Assembly (NCBI RefSeq): GCF_964204645.1 | Contig: NC_134029.1 | Location: forward strand, 2,480,001-2,544,000 | Source: Tubulanus polymorphus | Lineage: Eukaryota; Animalia; Nemertea | Direction of reading: 5' to 3' | DNA length: 64,000 bases | Part shown: positions 50,201 through 61,700 of the stretch, piece after piece | Layout of the letters: the number at the start of each line of letters is the position of its first letter | Position numbering within the stretch: position 1 is the stretch's first letter | Made by a program: the position numbers and the translations under genes | The notes under the pieces: model-generated | Seen by the model: only the letters and a program-made list of their open reading frames with translations | Database searches by the model: none | Told to the model about the DNA's origin: nothing

Positions 50201-53200
50201 CTGAAAATGTTGGTATTTAAAAGGGTGACGTTGTAACGGACTTTGACTGTGTATCGAGTATAATTAAGTAAGTCAAAATTTCTTATAAAACATCATTATA
50301 TGAAATGTTCATTCCCCATTGGGGACGTTGAGAGCACACAAAACATGGCTAGAAGAGGCCTAGGATAGGTATAAATCTGAGAGTGACCTGAACGAGGATT
50401 TGAATGACGCTGAATGCACATACCTGTACGAAACAGCTTTTAGTCTTCATCACTTTATGTTTCCCCCACCAGGTGGACGCACGCTTCTCGAGATTGATTG
50501 ACTACATATTTTCTCATTAATTTGCGACTCCTTTCAAAAGAACATTTTTCAACGGAACTCAAACCCGAAATAATACGCCGGTCATTTTTTTCTTGTTTTA
50601 ATTTGGAAATTCACAAAATACAACATACAAAATACAGAGGGTTTTTTCGTTTCAAAATTCATGATTTTTCATATTAGATCTTGTCAGAACTACCGGTAAA
50701 TATTCACATGCCAAAACTTATTTTAGGGAGGTGATGAAATCCAGACAACCAGCCATGTCTGCACTCCACATTTTCAAAATAATGATGTTTTAGAAGGACT
50801 ATTACAACAATCAGTTAATATATTATACCACACAGGGAGGAGTAGGAAGGAGGAAAGAGGGAGCCGGGAGGGTACAGTTCCAGTTAAGAAATATTAGAAG
50901 GCATCTAAAAGAAAAGGTTATTTCTCGAATGAAGCATAAGAAAGATTTTCCAAGAGAATAAATAAGTTTGTAGGTCCTTGAAATGGAAGGCAGGGAAATA
51001 CACTTTAAGTCCATCCACCTTGGAGTTATAGTGAAGAGTGAATATTCTACCTCTAGTTCTACGCCGAGCGGCTGAAGGTCTATCATCATCCTGCGAATGT
51101 CCCGGGGAACCCATCGTATCAAACGCTTGTGGATTCTCAACGAGGCGATAATCGCGACACGCGATCGTATGCTCTTCTTTAGGCTTCGATTGAAATTCTT
51201 GAACTAGAAAATTCACGTAATAAAAATATTGATTGTATCTTCTCATCAATGTAGTCTAACTGATGTGAAAATGTAATCTATCTTTAGGGAGGAATGAGTG
51301 AAATTATTACTTTTGTTTTCCATGAGGTCATTAAGACAATCAGGTAAGGCAACACCTTGTGTATTGAGGAATCGGAATTCAGCGTGATAAACAGGCATCC
51401 CGTTATCATCAGCCACCTACAAACAATCAATTACAGTCTGTTAATACACTTTCAATCCAATAACTTAATAAAAACCCTCCACATTGTCGGGAATGAAAAA
51501 TGGAGTTCTGTTTTAACCATTCATTCAAATCGAAAAAATGTTGAACCAGCTCGAAATTAAATTGTCATTACTCCGAAATAAAATACTAAATTAATACCTT
51601 TGAGAGAATTTTACATTGAAGTAATTTATTTTTGACGAGGTCATTGAATTCCCAGCGAATTTGTCGATCGAGGTCTTCTTTAGATGTCTCACTCAACGAA
51701 CAGCAAAACGCCTTTAAAAAATATTTAACGATTTGATCAAAACTCATAAATAAACCATGAAAAGATGAAAATAGAGATTTGATTTTTGTGGTAATCAATA
51801 CTGACCTGATACGGTAAATTAGACACGATATCATCTCTGAACGGAAACACTTTATCCAGTGGAATTTCGGCGTTGTTTCCGAAATCTAAAAACCTCACAA
51901 GAGCCAAACTCTACAACAAAGAAATATATACCAGAGATTTCATCTAGATTTTAACCCAGTAGATCATCAGGGTAGCCACTTTAATTTAACTTGCTTATTC
52001 CCTGACTATTCACTGACATGCTAAGTTTTTCCCTGACCTGATCTGCCCAGATCCAATCCACTAACACAGTCAAATATGTAAGACATAGATGGAAACTATT
52101 TGATTTTTCACGCAATCTAGCAATTTCATCAAATTTCCCTGACTTATTGCTTTTTTACAATTTCCCAAACTTTTTTTAAGAAATGAAATTTTTCCGTGAT
52201 TTCCAGGTAACTCGACGTACCTTCTCCTGAGAGACTTTACAAACGAGGCCGCGGTACCAACGTTTATCTTTCTCGTTCTGCGCAAAACACAATGAATCGA
52301 TTTCAGGAACTTTAGACGAGTCGCCGTAAGAAATCCAATCACTACTCGTTAACCACGAACACCTAACGAATAACAATTTCAGTTATAAATACCAGTAGCA
52401 TAATAGAACGATAACCACACTCAAACGTGGTGAACGGATAATAAGATAAAAACCCACTATCTACAGATTAAAAGAATTTAAAAAGAAGAAATTTATTAAT
52501 TCGAACAATCTAAAAGAAATATATATTAGATATATTTTAGATTGTTTGAATTAATAAATTTCTTGTTTTTAAATTCTTTTAATTTGTAGATAGTGGGTTT
52601 TTATCTTAATACCAGTAGCCTTTTTATTAAAAACACGATGAAAGCTACATATCACACACACTTCATAATTAATCATTGATAACACGTATTGAAATGTAAA
52701 CTCACCTGATTTCATAATTCACGTGTAAAAGTCCTGTATAGATTTCTTTCTCTAATTCGGGATGAACCCAGAAATAACCGTTCGGGTTCATCAAATTAGC
52801 AACTTGAACCGTGTACGTTTCGCCTAGAAATATATAATTACAATCAGAATACACAATACAATAGGATTCATTCATCATTGTGAGGTAAAACTTTATAAAC
52901 TTACCCACTGTGACTTCGATAAGACCGTTCTTATTGATCTTACGTGGAATTTCATCTTTCGGCGCATTCATTTTTACTTTCATTTCAGGTATTGCTTCTT
53001 CGATTTGACCGAATTCCAGTTCGAATGACATGTCTAACTCGGGGAAAGCTTGCTTGTCACAAGAGAATTCAAGTGGATTCAGCTATAAGAAATTCAAATC
53101 CTATCAAACCTGAAACTGTGCAGCTTAAATCTAACTATCAAGAATTGGAGAGCTGAGTGGTTTATTTACCTTTCCATCCAAGTCTTGCATCCCCTTCTGA

Positions 53201-54923
53201 AATTCCTCTTCATCGACAACTTCTACTAACGATGCAAGTTTGTCACGAACCTGAAAAATAATATAGCAAGTGATATTTCATTAGAAAACAGAGCTAGGTT
53301 TTTGTCTTTCACATCAATATTTCACTGAGTTGAGAATCAAGGAAGATCAGTAGTAGTACTGTATCTAACAGGATGATGATGGTTTATGTTACCTGTTCCA
53401 TTTGCAGTATGTGTGATTTCTGACTTTGTTTTTGTTCCAGGATCCACGACTGTTTTTTTCCACTCAACTCTTTCAATTCGCTGATTATAGCTTTACCCTG
53501 ATTACGTAACATCACTGTCAGCGCTTGCACTTTATCTTTCACTTCTTGTTCATAAATCGACATCCTATAAAACAACAACATTGATGAAAAATTCAACATC
53601 TAAGGCTAAAAAAAATTGATACCTTGTTTCTCCGCTCTGCTGAGCTTAAATGTTGATCCGGCCGGCCGCCTATCTACCCTATACATTACTTTTTTTTAAA
53701 TCGGGGGATCATTTGTACCATAACAGACCCGGCCGCTATAGAAATGAACTGTTTACAAATTTTATCATATTTTACAAAAATGACCCGGCCGCTGCGGAGA
53801 AACAAGGTATCATTTTTGTTTAGCCAAAATCCCATCAGCAGAGAGAGAGAAATTGTGTTTCTCTGAAGATCATTTAAGTCAAGTTCAGTGTCTTTCAGGG
53901 GTCATTTTCATGAAGAAACTCAAAATGATGAAATAAAAGTTACCTTTCCACTAAATCATGTTCAGCTTTGTCCAACTCCTGGAATTTCCGTTTCACGATA
54001 GTTTCGTTTCTGAAAATGAGCGAAATTGATGAAAATTTCTGACGCACTAAAATAGCAAATATCAGAGAAAGGAAAATTTGAGGCTTACTTCATAAACGCT
54101 TCCAATGTTTCTTGTACATTTTGACGTTTCTGAAATATTAAAAAAGTCCTAATTTCAAATCCAAGTATAAACTAAGCAGAAATAAACGAACCATAAATTA
54201 AAACGTTTTACGGAATTTGCTTCAAATTTTGATATTAATAATTTTCTTTCACAAAGCGACTTACTTTCGACGCCAATGTGACAACTTGATGGTCGCGACA
54301 TTTCCCGCGATGAATAGAAGAGTTACATTCAACACATAACTTATACGCTGGAAGAATAACATAAATATTTCATTCCCAAAGAAAGAAGCAAAAAGAACAA
54401 AAAAGGGAAAGGCCAGGGCTCAACAGAAAATACACGTGCTGTTATTATATCAACAGCAGGACCACTTAACAACAGCATCATTACTTTAAATTTAGAACCA
54501 TAGATTGAATTGGTTCATTATTTGAGAAATTTAATTTTCAGCGATGAAGGAATGACAAATATAAGCGGCGAGTGAAATAAAGAAGAAAGGACAAAAAATA
54601 CAGGCCACACCCAAAAATACATTTAGCTAACCCCTGGGAATAATACAGCATTTACAAGTGTTGTTTATCTATTTTGACGGTTCAAAATATAACGCTTTAA
54701 CTTGGACGAAACAAAAGCGTTAAATAATCATCCGACGAATTCAGTGAAATTCACAAATATATCTTGAAACGGCAGAAATTCCTTTTATTTCTGCGAAAAT
54801 CGACGAATAAAAAGCGTCGAATTTATCGTTAATTAACGCGTTAATTAAACACTAACCTCCTTCACCGATACAATCAGGGCATTCAAACGATATCGGCTGT
54901 TTTTCACAACACTCGCACAACAT
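39129..54923 (-). CDS. ~2,000 aa B-box / coiled-coil / Tudor / RRM / low-complexity / Tudor / 5x CCHC zinc-knuckle protein (28 coding exons traced)
   Basis: ATG at 54923. B-box CECCEKQPISFECPDC..LCVECNSSIHRGKCRDH; coiled-coil exons 54129-53170; extended Tudor 1 (NPNGYFWV..DKRWYRG..VRFLDFGN..LPYQAFCCSL, 52824-51311); RRM (IVIRNLP..PGACFIRY, 47000-46141); extended Tudor 2 (GTFWL..VWYRA..VRFLDHG..APFQAVKC, ~43435-41728); five Cx2Cx4Hx4C knuckles in the last exon (39537-39129). All junctions traced are GT-AG and phase-consistent. Confidence 0.82.
40158..40410 (-). repeat. Coding 24 bp tandem repeat (STDPHRPA)n
   Basis: About 10 copies of ggatcagtagatgctggtctgtg(a/g) within an exon of the Tudor gene. 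Confidence 0.9.
42128..42383. mobile_element. hAT-like MITE with ttccctgac subrepeats (intronic)
   Basis: taggataaccac...tggccactctg termini. Aligns along its length with 51968-52211 (ttccctgac.tgatctgc, aacagtcaaat, aatctagcaat, tttccaggtaa). Confidence 0.65.
44150..44620 (-). repeat. Coding 24 bp tandem repeat (CEPDSRDS/ES)n
   Basis: Roughly 19 imperfect copies of ggctcacaggagtctctgctatc(t/a) inside exon ~44753-43997. Confidence 0.9.
46341..46641. repeat. Intronic 31 bp minisatellite
   Basis: aactgtctgcaccctcac(c/t)cctcagac(c/a)acc, about 9.5 copies, between the two RRM exons. Confidence 0.95.
47737..47790 (-). terminator. Intronic poly(A) signal for the transposase exon
   Basis: Minus-strand AATAAA at 47790-47785 followed ~25 nt downstream by GU/U-rich tttgtgtttttgttcttgtctttg (47760-47737). 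Further AATAAA at ~47925, ~47947 and ~47974. Confidence 0.6.
48041..49896 (-). CDS. pogo-family transposase-derived exon (HTH + CENP-B-type HTH + DDE_1, DD35D) with polyQ/His tail; alternative terminal exon in intron 13 of the Tudor gene
   Basis: Uninterrupted ~618 codons after acceptor ttttcattgcag|. Motifs: RGEYNYYSDELRAKIAK..ISDSTVR (HTH), RGQPLRLG linker, VQEWV..GGVVNARTVMAAA..SWAKSFLQRMGF (CENP-B HTH), INWD, KRQISVML..G..LPPQVIYGGKT, VFD, VP..DKLQPID. Confidence 0.9.
50078..50249. mobile_element. Degenerate pogo/Tigger-type MITE
   Basis: ta|cagtgaaagcctt ... aacggactttgactg, imperfect TIRs. Confidence 0.45.
51968..52211. mobile_element. hAT-like MITE with ttccctgac subrepeats (intronic, right end truncated)
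   Basis: Starts cagggtagccac; same family as 42128-42383. Confidence 0.65.
52388..52619. mobile_element. Short palindromic Penelope-like insertion with 12 bp TSD
   Basis: TSD aataccagtagc at 52388-52399 and 52608-52619. A ~40 bp unique tail is followed by a ~70 bp-arm inverted repeat taagataaaacccactatctaca..aacaatctaaaa / ttttagattgtt..tgtagatagtgggtttttatctta. Confidence 0.7.
53604..53825. mobile_element. PIF/Harbinger-like MITE
   Basis: 32 bp TIRs ggctaaaaaaaattgataccttgtttctccgc / gcggagaaacaaggtatcatttttgtttagcc (30/32 match), flanked by TAA / AAA, with internal ccggccg repeats. Confidence 0.85.
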
Positions 54924-55757
54924 CCTCACGGCGGCTACGGCTCCGAATTCGGCTAATTTTAAACGTGAAAATCGTCAAAACAACATTATTTTCCACGCGT
55001 GAATCCAAGATGGAGTCGTCAACGCGCGCGACTAAATTCCGAACTCACAACTGGCTCAGCGGTGGGAAACTTTACAAGAAAAACAACGTATAACTCATTT
55101 AAAACATAGCATACAAAGTGATTCTGTGTGTGATTAAACATTTAAGATTGAATTCAAAGTGCTCGCAATTGTGTAAATACAGTTTTGTTTGACGTCAAAT
55201 CTAATCTCTTTTCGTAATTTCGTTTTGTTTCTAGAACGGGCACCAATGCTTCGGCTCAGTAACATTCTGACCTAGCGTTGATTGAAAACCCATCGGATGG
55301 CTCAGTGAGTGGAAACATTCTTAAATCCAAATATTTTTCTTTGATTGATTTTTAACATTTTTCTGTCTTTTATAAAATCAAAAATAAACCCAATAAATAG
55401 ATTCAGATAAATATAGTATTCTTGTTCAAAATGACGATAAATAGCGTTAACTTTTTCATGAGCTTGTTAGGAGGTTATGATTAGGGTTTGATCGGAGGGC
55501 ACTGACAGTGCACGGACTCTTGGCCCAGCGGCGCTCAAACAAGCATCCAGCTGAAAACTGTTACTGATACGACGGTCAATATTTTACTGTCGTTGAAACG
55601 TTTTTATGACTAAATTACACTTTTTCTTTATTAATAATATGTAAATGATGAAATGAGTTATCTAAGTAAGTCTTAGTCAACTTTCTTCACGCAATCAATG
55701 AGAGAAATCACCTCTCTGCGTTTCATGTAGTCGTTTTAATGTTCTATGTTAGTAAAC

Positions 55758-58700
55758 ATGGCGGACAGTGACGAGGAAATCGGATCTATTTCTCCAACAA
55801 CTCCTGACAGTAATTGCGCCCATAGCGGCCCCAGGATTGTGACAATATCTAAAACTGAAACAGGGTTTGGTTTTAATGTTCGGGGTCAGGTTAGTGAAGG
55901 TGGACAGTTAAAGAGTATTAACGGAGAGCTGTATGCACCTTTACAACATGTAAGTGCCGTTTTGGAGGGTGGTGCTGCAGAACGAGCAGGAATTATGAAA
56001 GGAGATAGAATATTAGAAGTGTAAGTTCAGTTTGCATAGTTGTCAAATGTGTTTAGACTGTAGATTCCAGATAATTAAGATGTGCTTATTAAAATGAGAC
56101 TTAAATCTGATACAGCAACACCTGAACCTACCTAGGCTAACCAGCTAATTCTGATTGGATTGATTATTGTGGTTTTGATTTTAGGAATGGTGTAAATGTC
56201 GAAGGTGCTACTCATAAACAGGTTGTGGATTTGATTAAATCTGGTGGTGATGCATTAACATTGACTGGTGCGTAAACATATTTCCAGTTGATGAAGATTA
56301 AAAGATGCTTTTCATAATCAACAGTTATAGAAGTGTTTGTCTAATATTGTGATATGTTCTGTTTTCCTACTATAGTGATTTCAGTTCCGAGGCAAATAGC
56401 AGAGAAGTTAGAACCCAGCGACGACTCATCGGGACCGTCACTTATTGATTATTCTGAGAAAAGAACTTTACCGATATCAATACCAGATTATCAAGCATTA
56501 GAGAAAAACGGTGAAAGATTTGTGGTAAGAAAAATAGACTCTGGGTATTAAAGGATTAAACAGTAATATACTGCTGGTATGAAATGGTTAAACAATGGGC
56601 TAATAGACTCTGGGTATGAAATGGTTAAACAATGGGCTAATAGACTCTGGGTATGAAATATTTAAACAATGGGCTAATAGACTCTGGGTATGAAAAGGTT
56701 TAACAATGGGCTAATAGACTCTGGGTATGAAATGGTTAAACAATGGGCTAATTGACTCTGGGTATGAAAAGGTTTAACAATGGGCTAATAGACTCTGGGT
56801 ATGATAAGTGTAAAATCTTCGATCTCCAGTTTGGTGTATAAGTTAGAACTCTACAAGTATTCAATCATCTTATTATTCAATCAGTGATTTGTTGATTATT
56901 TTCAGGTTTATAATATTTATATGGCTGGACGTCATTTATGCTCAAGACGGTACAGTGAATTCGCGGAATTGCATCGGCAACTTAAAAAAGAATTTTCAGA
57001 CTTCAATTTTCCGAAGATACCGGGGAAATGGCCCTTCCAATTGTCCGAACAGCAATTAGACGCTCGGCGGAGAGGTTTAGAACAGTATTTAGAAAAAGGT
57101 TTGTGCGAATAACTCTTAATTCCTCTACTGGTCTATCTGGTATTCGTTCAGTTCAGTAAAATTAAAATTCGATTTCCATTTGGTATTGTTATTTCAAATA
57201 TCGCCTAGTCCTGCACTGCTCTATTCGATAATCCAACTTATCCGATAAAATTTTGACTTCATATCCCTTTATTCGGCGTCTCAACCATAAAGAATCTTCA
57301 CTTACAATACTTTGTTATGTTCTAATATCGATCTGTTTGGGGGAATATTAGGCCCTATGTTACTGCTACTGCATACTCATGACCTAAATTGACCATTACG
57401 CAAAAGTGTCGCAGAATTTAAGAGAAACATGAAATGTCAAGTTAATTGTGAAGGGCTTGTGTCTGGTATATTATATAAGGAATCATCGTTACGGTCTGAT
57501 TATATGAAATACAAGAAATTAGCAATGCAATATAGAATGCCATTAGACTCAATAATTCAATATTTTTATCCACTGATTTTTGTGGTTCTTCAAACCGGTA
57601 ACCCCCTTGTTCGGTATTCCACTGGTTTAAACAGGGTCTACCTATTATGAAACTAATCTCGGCGATATTGTCGTGATATTTTTTCCAGTTTGTGCAGTTC
57701 GAGTAATAGCCGAGAGTGATGTAGTACAAGAATTCCTATCAGCGTCCGACGATGATTCTGTATGTTTACTCGAAATTAACCGCATTATTTGAAAAATCTT
57801 TCTTTGCGATCACGATTATGATTCATTCATGTTTGCGAATGATGTTTTTAGAATTGTAATACGACCAGTGAGGTGGAGCTGAAAGTTTTACTGCCCGATC
57901 GAAATATACTTACAGTCACAATCAAACGCAATCATAACACTGAGCAGGTCTTTGATGTAAGTTTCTGGATCAATATCATCGCTGTTGACTGTGATTAATT
58001 GGTTATTGACACATTTCAACTCTGCCTAATTCAATCAAGTATAAGGTTAAAAAATGCTATCGCAGTTAAGTAGGTTAAGAATATCTAGCCTTTAATCAGA
58101 GCTTTCATTTGTAATTGATAGCAGCTATGTGTACTGTACTGTGTTGTTTAGGATGATGTTAATCTCGTAGATTATTGATTTTCTGTCAGTGAATTCCCCT
58201 GGGTTCATTCCGAGGATATGATTTACTGGCATTGATTTCTAGTTATTTGTTTGCTGAAATGGATGTTGAGATTATTAATCTTTCTATTTTCTGTGTTGTT
58301 TTTCTAATTTAGGTTGTGGTACAAAGACTTGGTCTCACCGATGACATTTCTATCAATTTTGCGCTATTTGAAATTGAAGAATACAACTTCGGTAAGTGAA
58401 AAGAAATCCCTAGTTTGCATAGATCGAGAGGAAATATATTAACGTTTAGTCCCAAATTGATTGAATACTATCTGTCGTAAGATCTTCTCGTTTGTATTCA
58501 AACCTGTCCAAAGTTCTAGTCAAATTGGCTTTTTGGACAATCATTATGGTGTCTGCTTCTGTAATGTCACATCCAGCTTTTCCAAATGATGACTTATGAT
58601 TAGTAATCTGGAGATATACAAATCGGTACTGGGAAATAGTGACGACTTAATAAAGTGAAAAATTATCCAAATGATGACATAACTGAGTTTGTAACGAGCA

Positions 58701-61700
58701 TCAAATGAAGATTTAGATTATATGTAATAGTTCTTGTAATGATCGGGTAAATTTGTTTTTTTCACAGAACGAAAATTACAACCAAACGAAACTCCACACA
58801 ATTTATACATTCAGAATTACAGCACGGCTACTGCGACATGTATCATGCTGCGTAAATGGATATTTTCAGTCACTCGGGAATCGCAAACTTTGTATAAAAA
58901 TGAACTGGCGTTGAATTTCCTATTCTGGCAGGTTTGTATCGGGATTTCGTCTTTTACTGCAGCACTATATATGTATCACGGATTACGAGTGAAAATGTGC
59001 GTTAATGTCAATGTTTGTATTCAGGCGACTGATGATGTGAGCCGAGGACAAATCAAACCTGGAGAAAAATTGTACGAGCTTAAAAGTTTACAGGATTCCG
59101 GTAAAAAACTAGAGGTACGTCTGAAACAATTCTTAACTTCTGATTTATGAAGAAACTGAATGCAGAACTACAGCTGAGTTATCAGTGAAACACTGAATGC
59201 AGCTCTACTGTTCAGCAACTTCATAAACAACTTGTAATTGGTTTTATTAATAGCCTTTGTTTAAACTATGCATCAATCATTTCGCGTGGAGAAGTTAAGC
59301 AACGTGAGTTTGAATAGCAGGTTATTGTATTTGGTAAATGTTTTATTTGCAGTATTTAAAAGCTCTACGGCACATTGAGGGATACGGTGAAATAACATTT
59401 CCGCATTGCGCGTGTGATTCGAGAAAAGACGGCCACGTTATAGCTACAGTATCATACAAAAACTTCAGACTACAAGCGTGTAAAGAGGATGGAACTCCTG
59501 AGGTATATCATCATCAAAGTTGAAAGTCTAACGTTTACTGCGTATCCCAAGCAAATTATTTTGTATTGTACTACTCCAATACATGTAATGACCCATCATA
59601 GATATCCGATAGCTCCAGAATTCAATTGCTGGCTAGCAGAGATTATCTATTGGTCCTGCGTTATCTGAGGCAAACATATTCTAGCTTTTCTACAAATCAG
59701 GAAATCCGAGATTGCAAATTCCCTGCTGGGAGAATCAAGGAATAATTATCCCTAGCAGACTTAAGCTAAAACCTGCTGTATAATGGATATTGACTGTGGT
59801 CTATCTCTCGAGAAAGAGAGTCGTGGAGTTGCTGAAATATTTCTTCGTTTTGATATGATTTTATAGTCACAAGTGATTGAGTTTTTATGGGATGATGTAA
59901 AACAGTACGACGTCGACGATGAAGGAATTTCGTTTAATTTCGAATACGCGCGTGAAGGAAAGAAACCAAGATGGGTGAAAATATATTCGCCTTACGTAAG
60001 TGATGAAATATAAAGTAAATTTTGCACGATTTTCATTTTCTCCGAATATAAAGTTGAGAAGTATCAATAAATGTGGAGTCAGGTCGCACTACTACAGACA
60101 GGTTTCACTTCACTAGCGTGTAGTATATCTTCATTTGGTAAGTTGAGTCTTGAAGCTACTGGTAACAAAAGTTTGGGATTTCTGATAAGATCAGTTACCT
60201 CCCTGGTATACTAGTGCTATCTGTCTTGATGTACCCCATAAATTCAGAACTCCACGTATTAAGACAACTTTACAGAGAGAGGTTTTTGTATATTACAGTA
60301 TAATTTCCTGATGGATTGCTTTGAGCGTGTTATGACAGAAATAACGTGGGAAGAACAGGTAATTTACACTATCTGTTGGCCTATATCAAAAATTCATAAA
60401 CACTGAAGTTTTGCCTTAAATCAATATTTGTTAACTGAGCTCAGTTACAGTTATATACCGGTATGGATAGAACAATAACCACACTCAAATGTGGTGAACG
60501 GATAATAAGATAAAATCCCACTATTTACAGATTAAAAGAATTTAAAAACAAGAATTTATTTATTAAATCTAAAATATTTAAAAGACACGACGTTTCGACG
60601 TTTTAATCTGTAAATAGTGGGATTTTATCTTATTACCGGTATGGATGATTTCATTTACAGAGTCGGCTTCCTAGTAATACAAATGTCACCATACACTCCA
60701 CTGATGTTGCTGCAAAGGTAAATACAAAATTTTCCGTTATCGAGAACATTTTCCTGACTCAGTCTTTTAAACAATTAATGTACTGGGGAATGAAATGACA
60801 CTTTCAATCCTGGCTATGGTAGAAATTCTTGCTCGAATAACTTAGAATCCTTTACCTTAAACATTGATAAAAGATAAATGATACCCATTATTACGTGTTA
60901 GTTTTTGTACAGTTTGGTTGATGATTCCCTGTCCCCAGTGATAAACACATCTCTGCAGAACCTCAGTATTTCAATTGATCTTTGTTCCTGTATTTAGATA
61001 ATAGAAAATAACACATTTATCAGTACTCGGTGTATGTATTCACTTCCAGTAAATCAATCTCCCATACATGTGCGGTGTGTATTGATGTATTGATTGTATA
61101 TTAAGGAAGCTGTGTTAATTATCTCTCGACACAGACGACTAACCATTAAACTGATTTGTGCGGCGCACTTACTACCGACAAACCTGATTGACCCAGCAGT
61201 GACTTACTAGTTCCTAATGAGCAATCACTAGAGACACGATCACCATTAACAAAGCTATTCATTGCGTTCAGTGATTCAATTTGGTAAATCGTAAATATTT
61301 GCTCACAACTGAAATAAACTATAAGAAGCTATTGGTATTACTTTGTTGTTCCACCTCAAATTCTATGAGCCATTTTTAAAACTGATTTATTCCCAAAACA
61401 GTTGTTACAATAAAAAAAAGGTAGAGACCAGTGCTGGTTTTAAAGACTGGGTATCAAAATTATCCCTTAAGGTAAATTCAACATTGGTGAAAATTCGCTT
61501 ACCGGTAGTAACAATAAGAAACTATATGGTAATAACTGACAAATTTCAAAATGTTCCCGAGGTTATTTTGCCTCCAAATCGATGAAACTGTCATGATACT
61601 TGTAGCATCTATGATATGATTTCAGGGCAGTTGATTCGGGAAAAAAAAACTAAAATAAAGTTCGATTTTACTGCGAAATCTGCGACATTTTCTTCGTTAA

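Noticed and set aside
47600-50300. Intact autonomous pogo transposon
   Set aside because: No TIR pair with TA duplication encloses the ORF; the CAGT-ended element at 50078-50249 is self-contained; the ORF begins at a splice acceptor and has a host-like polyQ tail.
58585-58686. Possible intronic C/D snoRNA (ATGATGA ... CTGA)
   Set aside because: The C-box-like motif is part of a local duplication (tccaaatgatgac x2); no terminal stem or recognisable rRNA guide.
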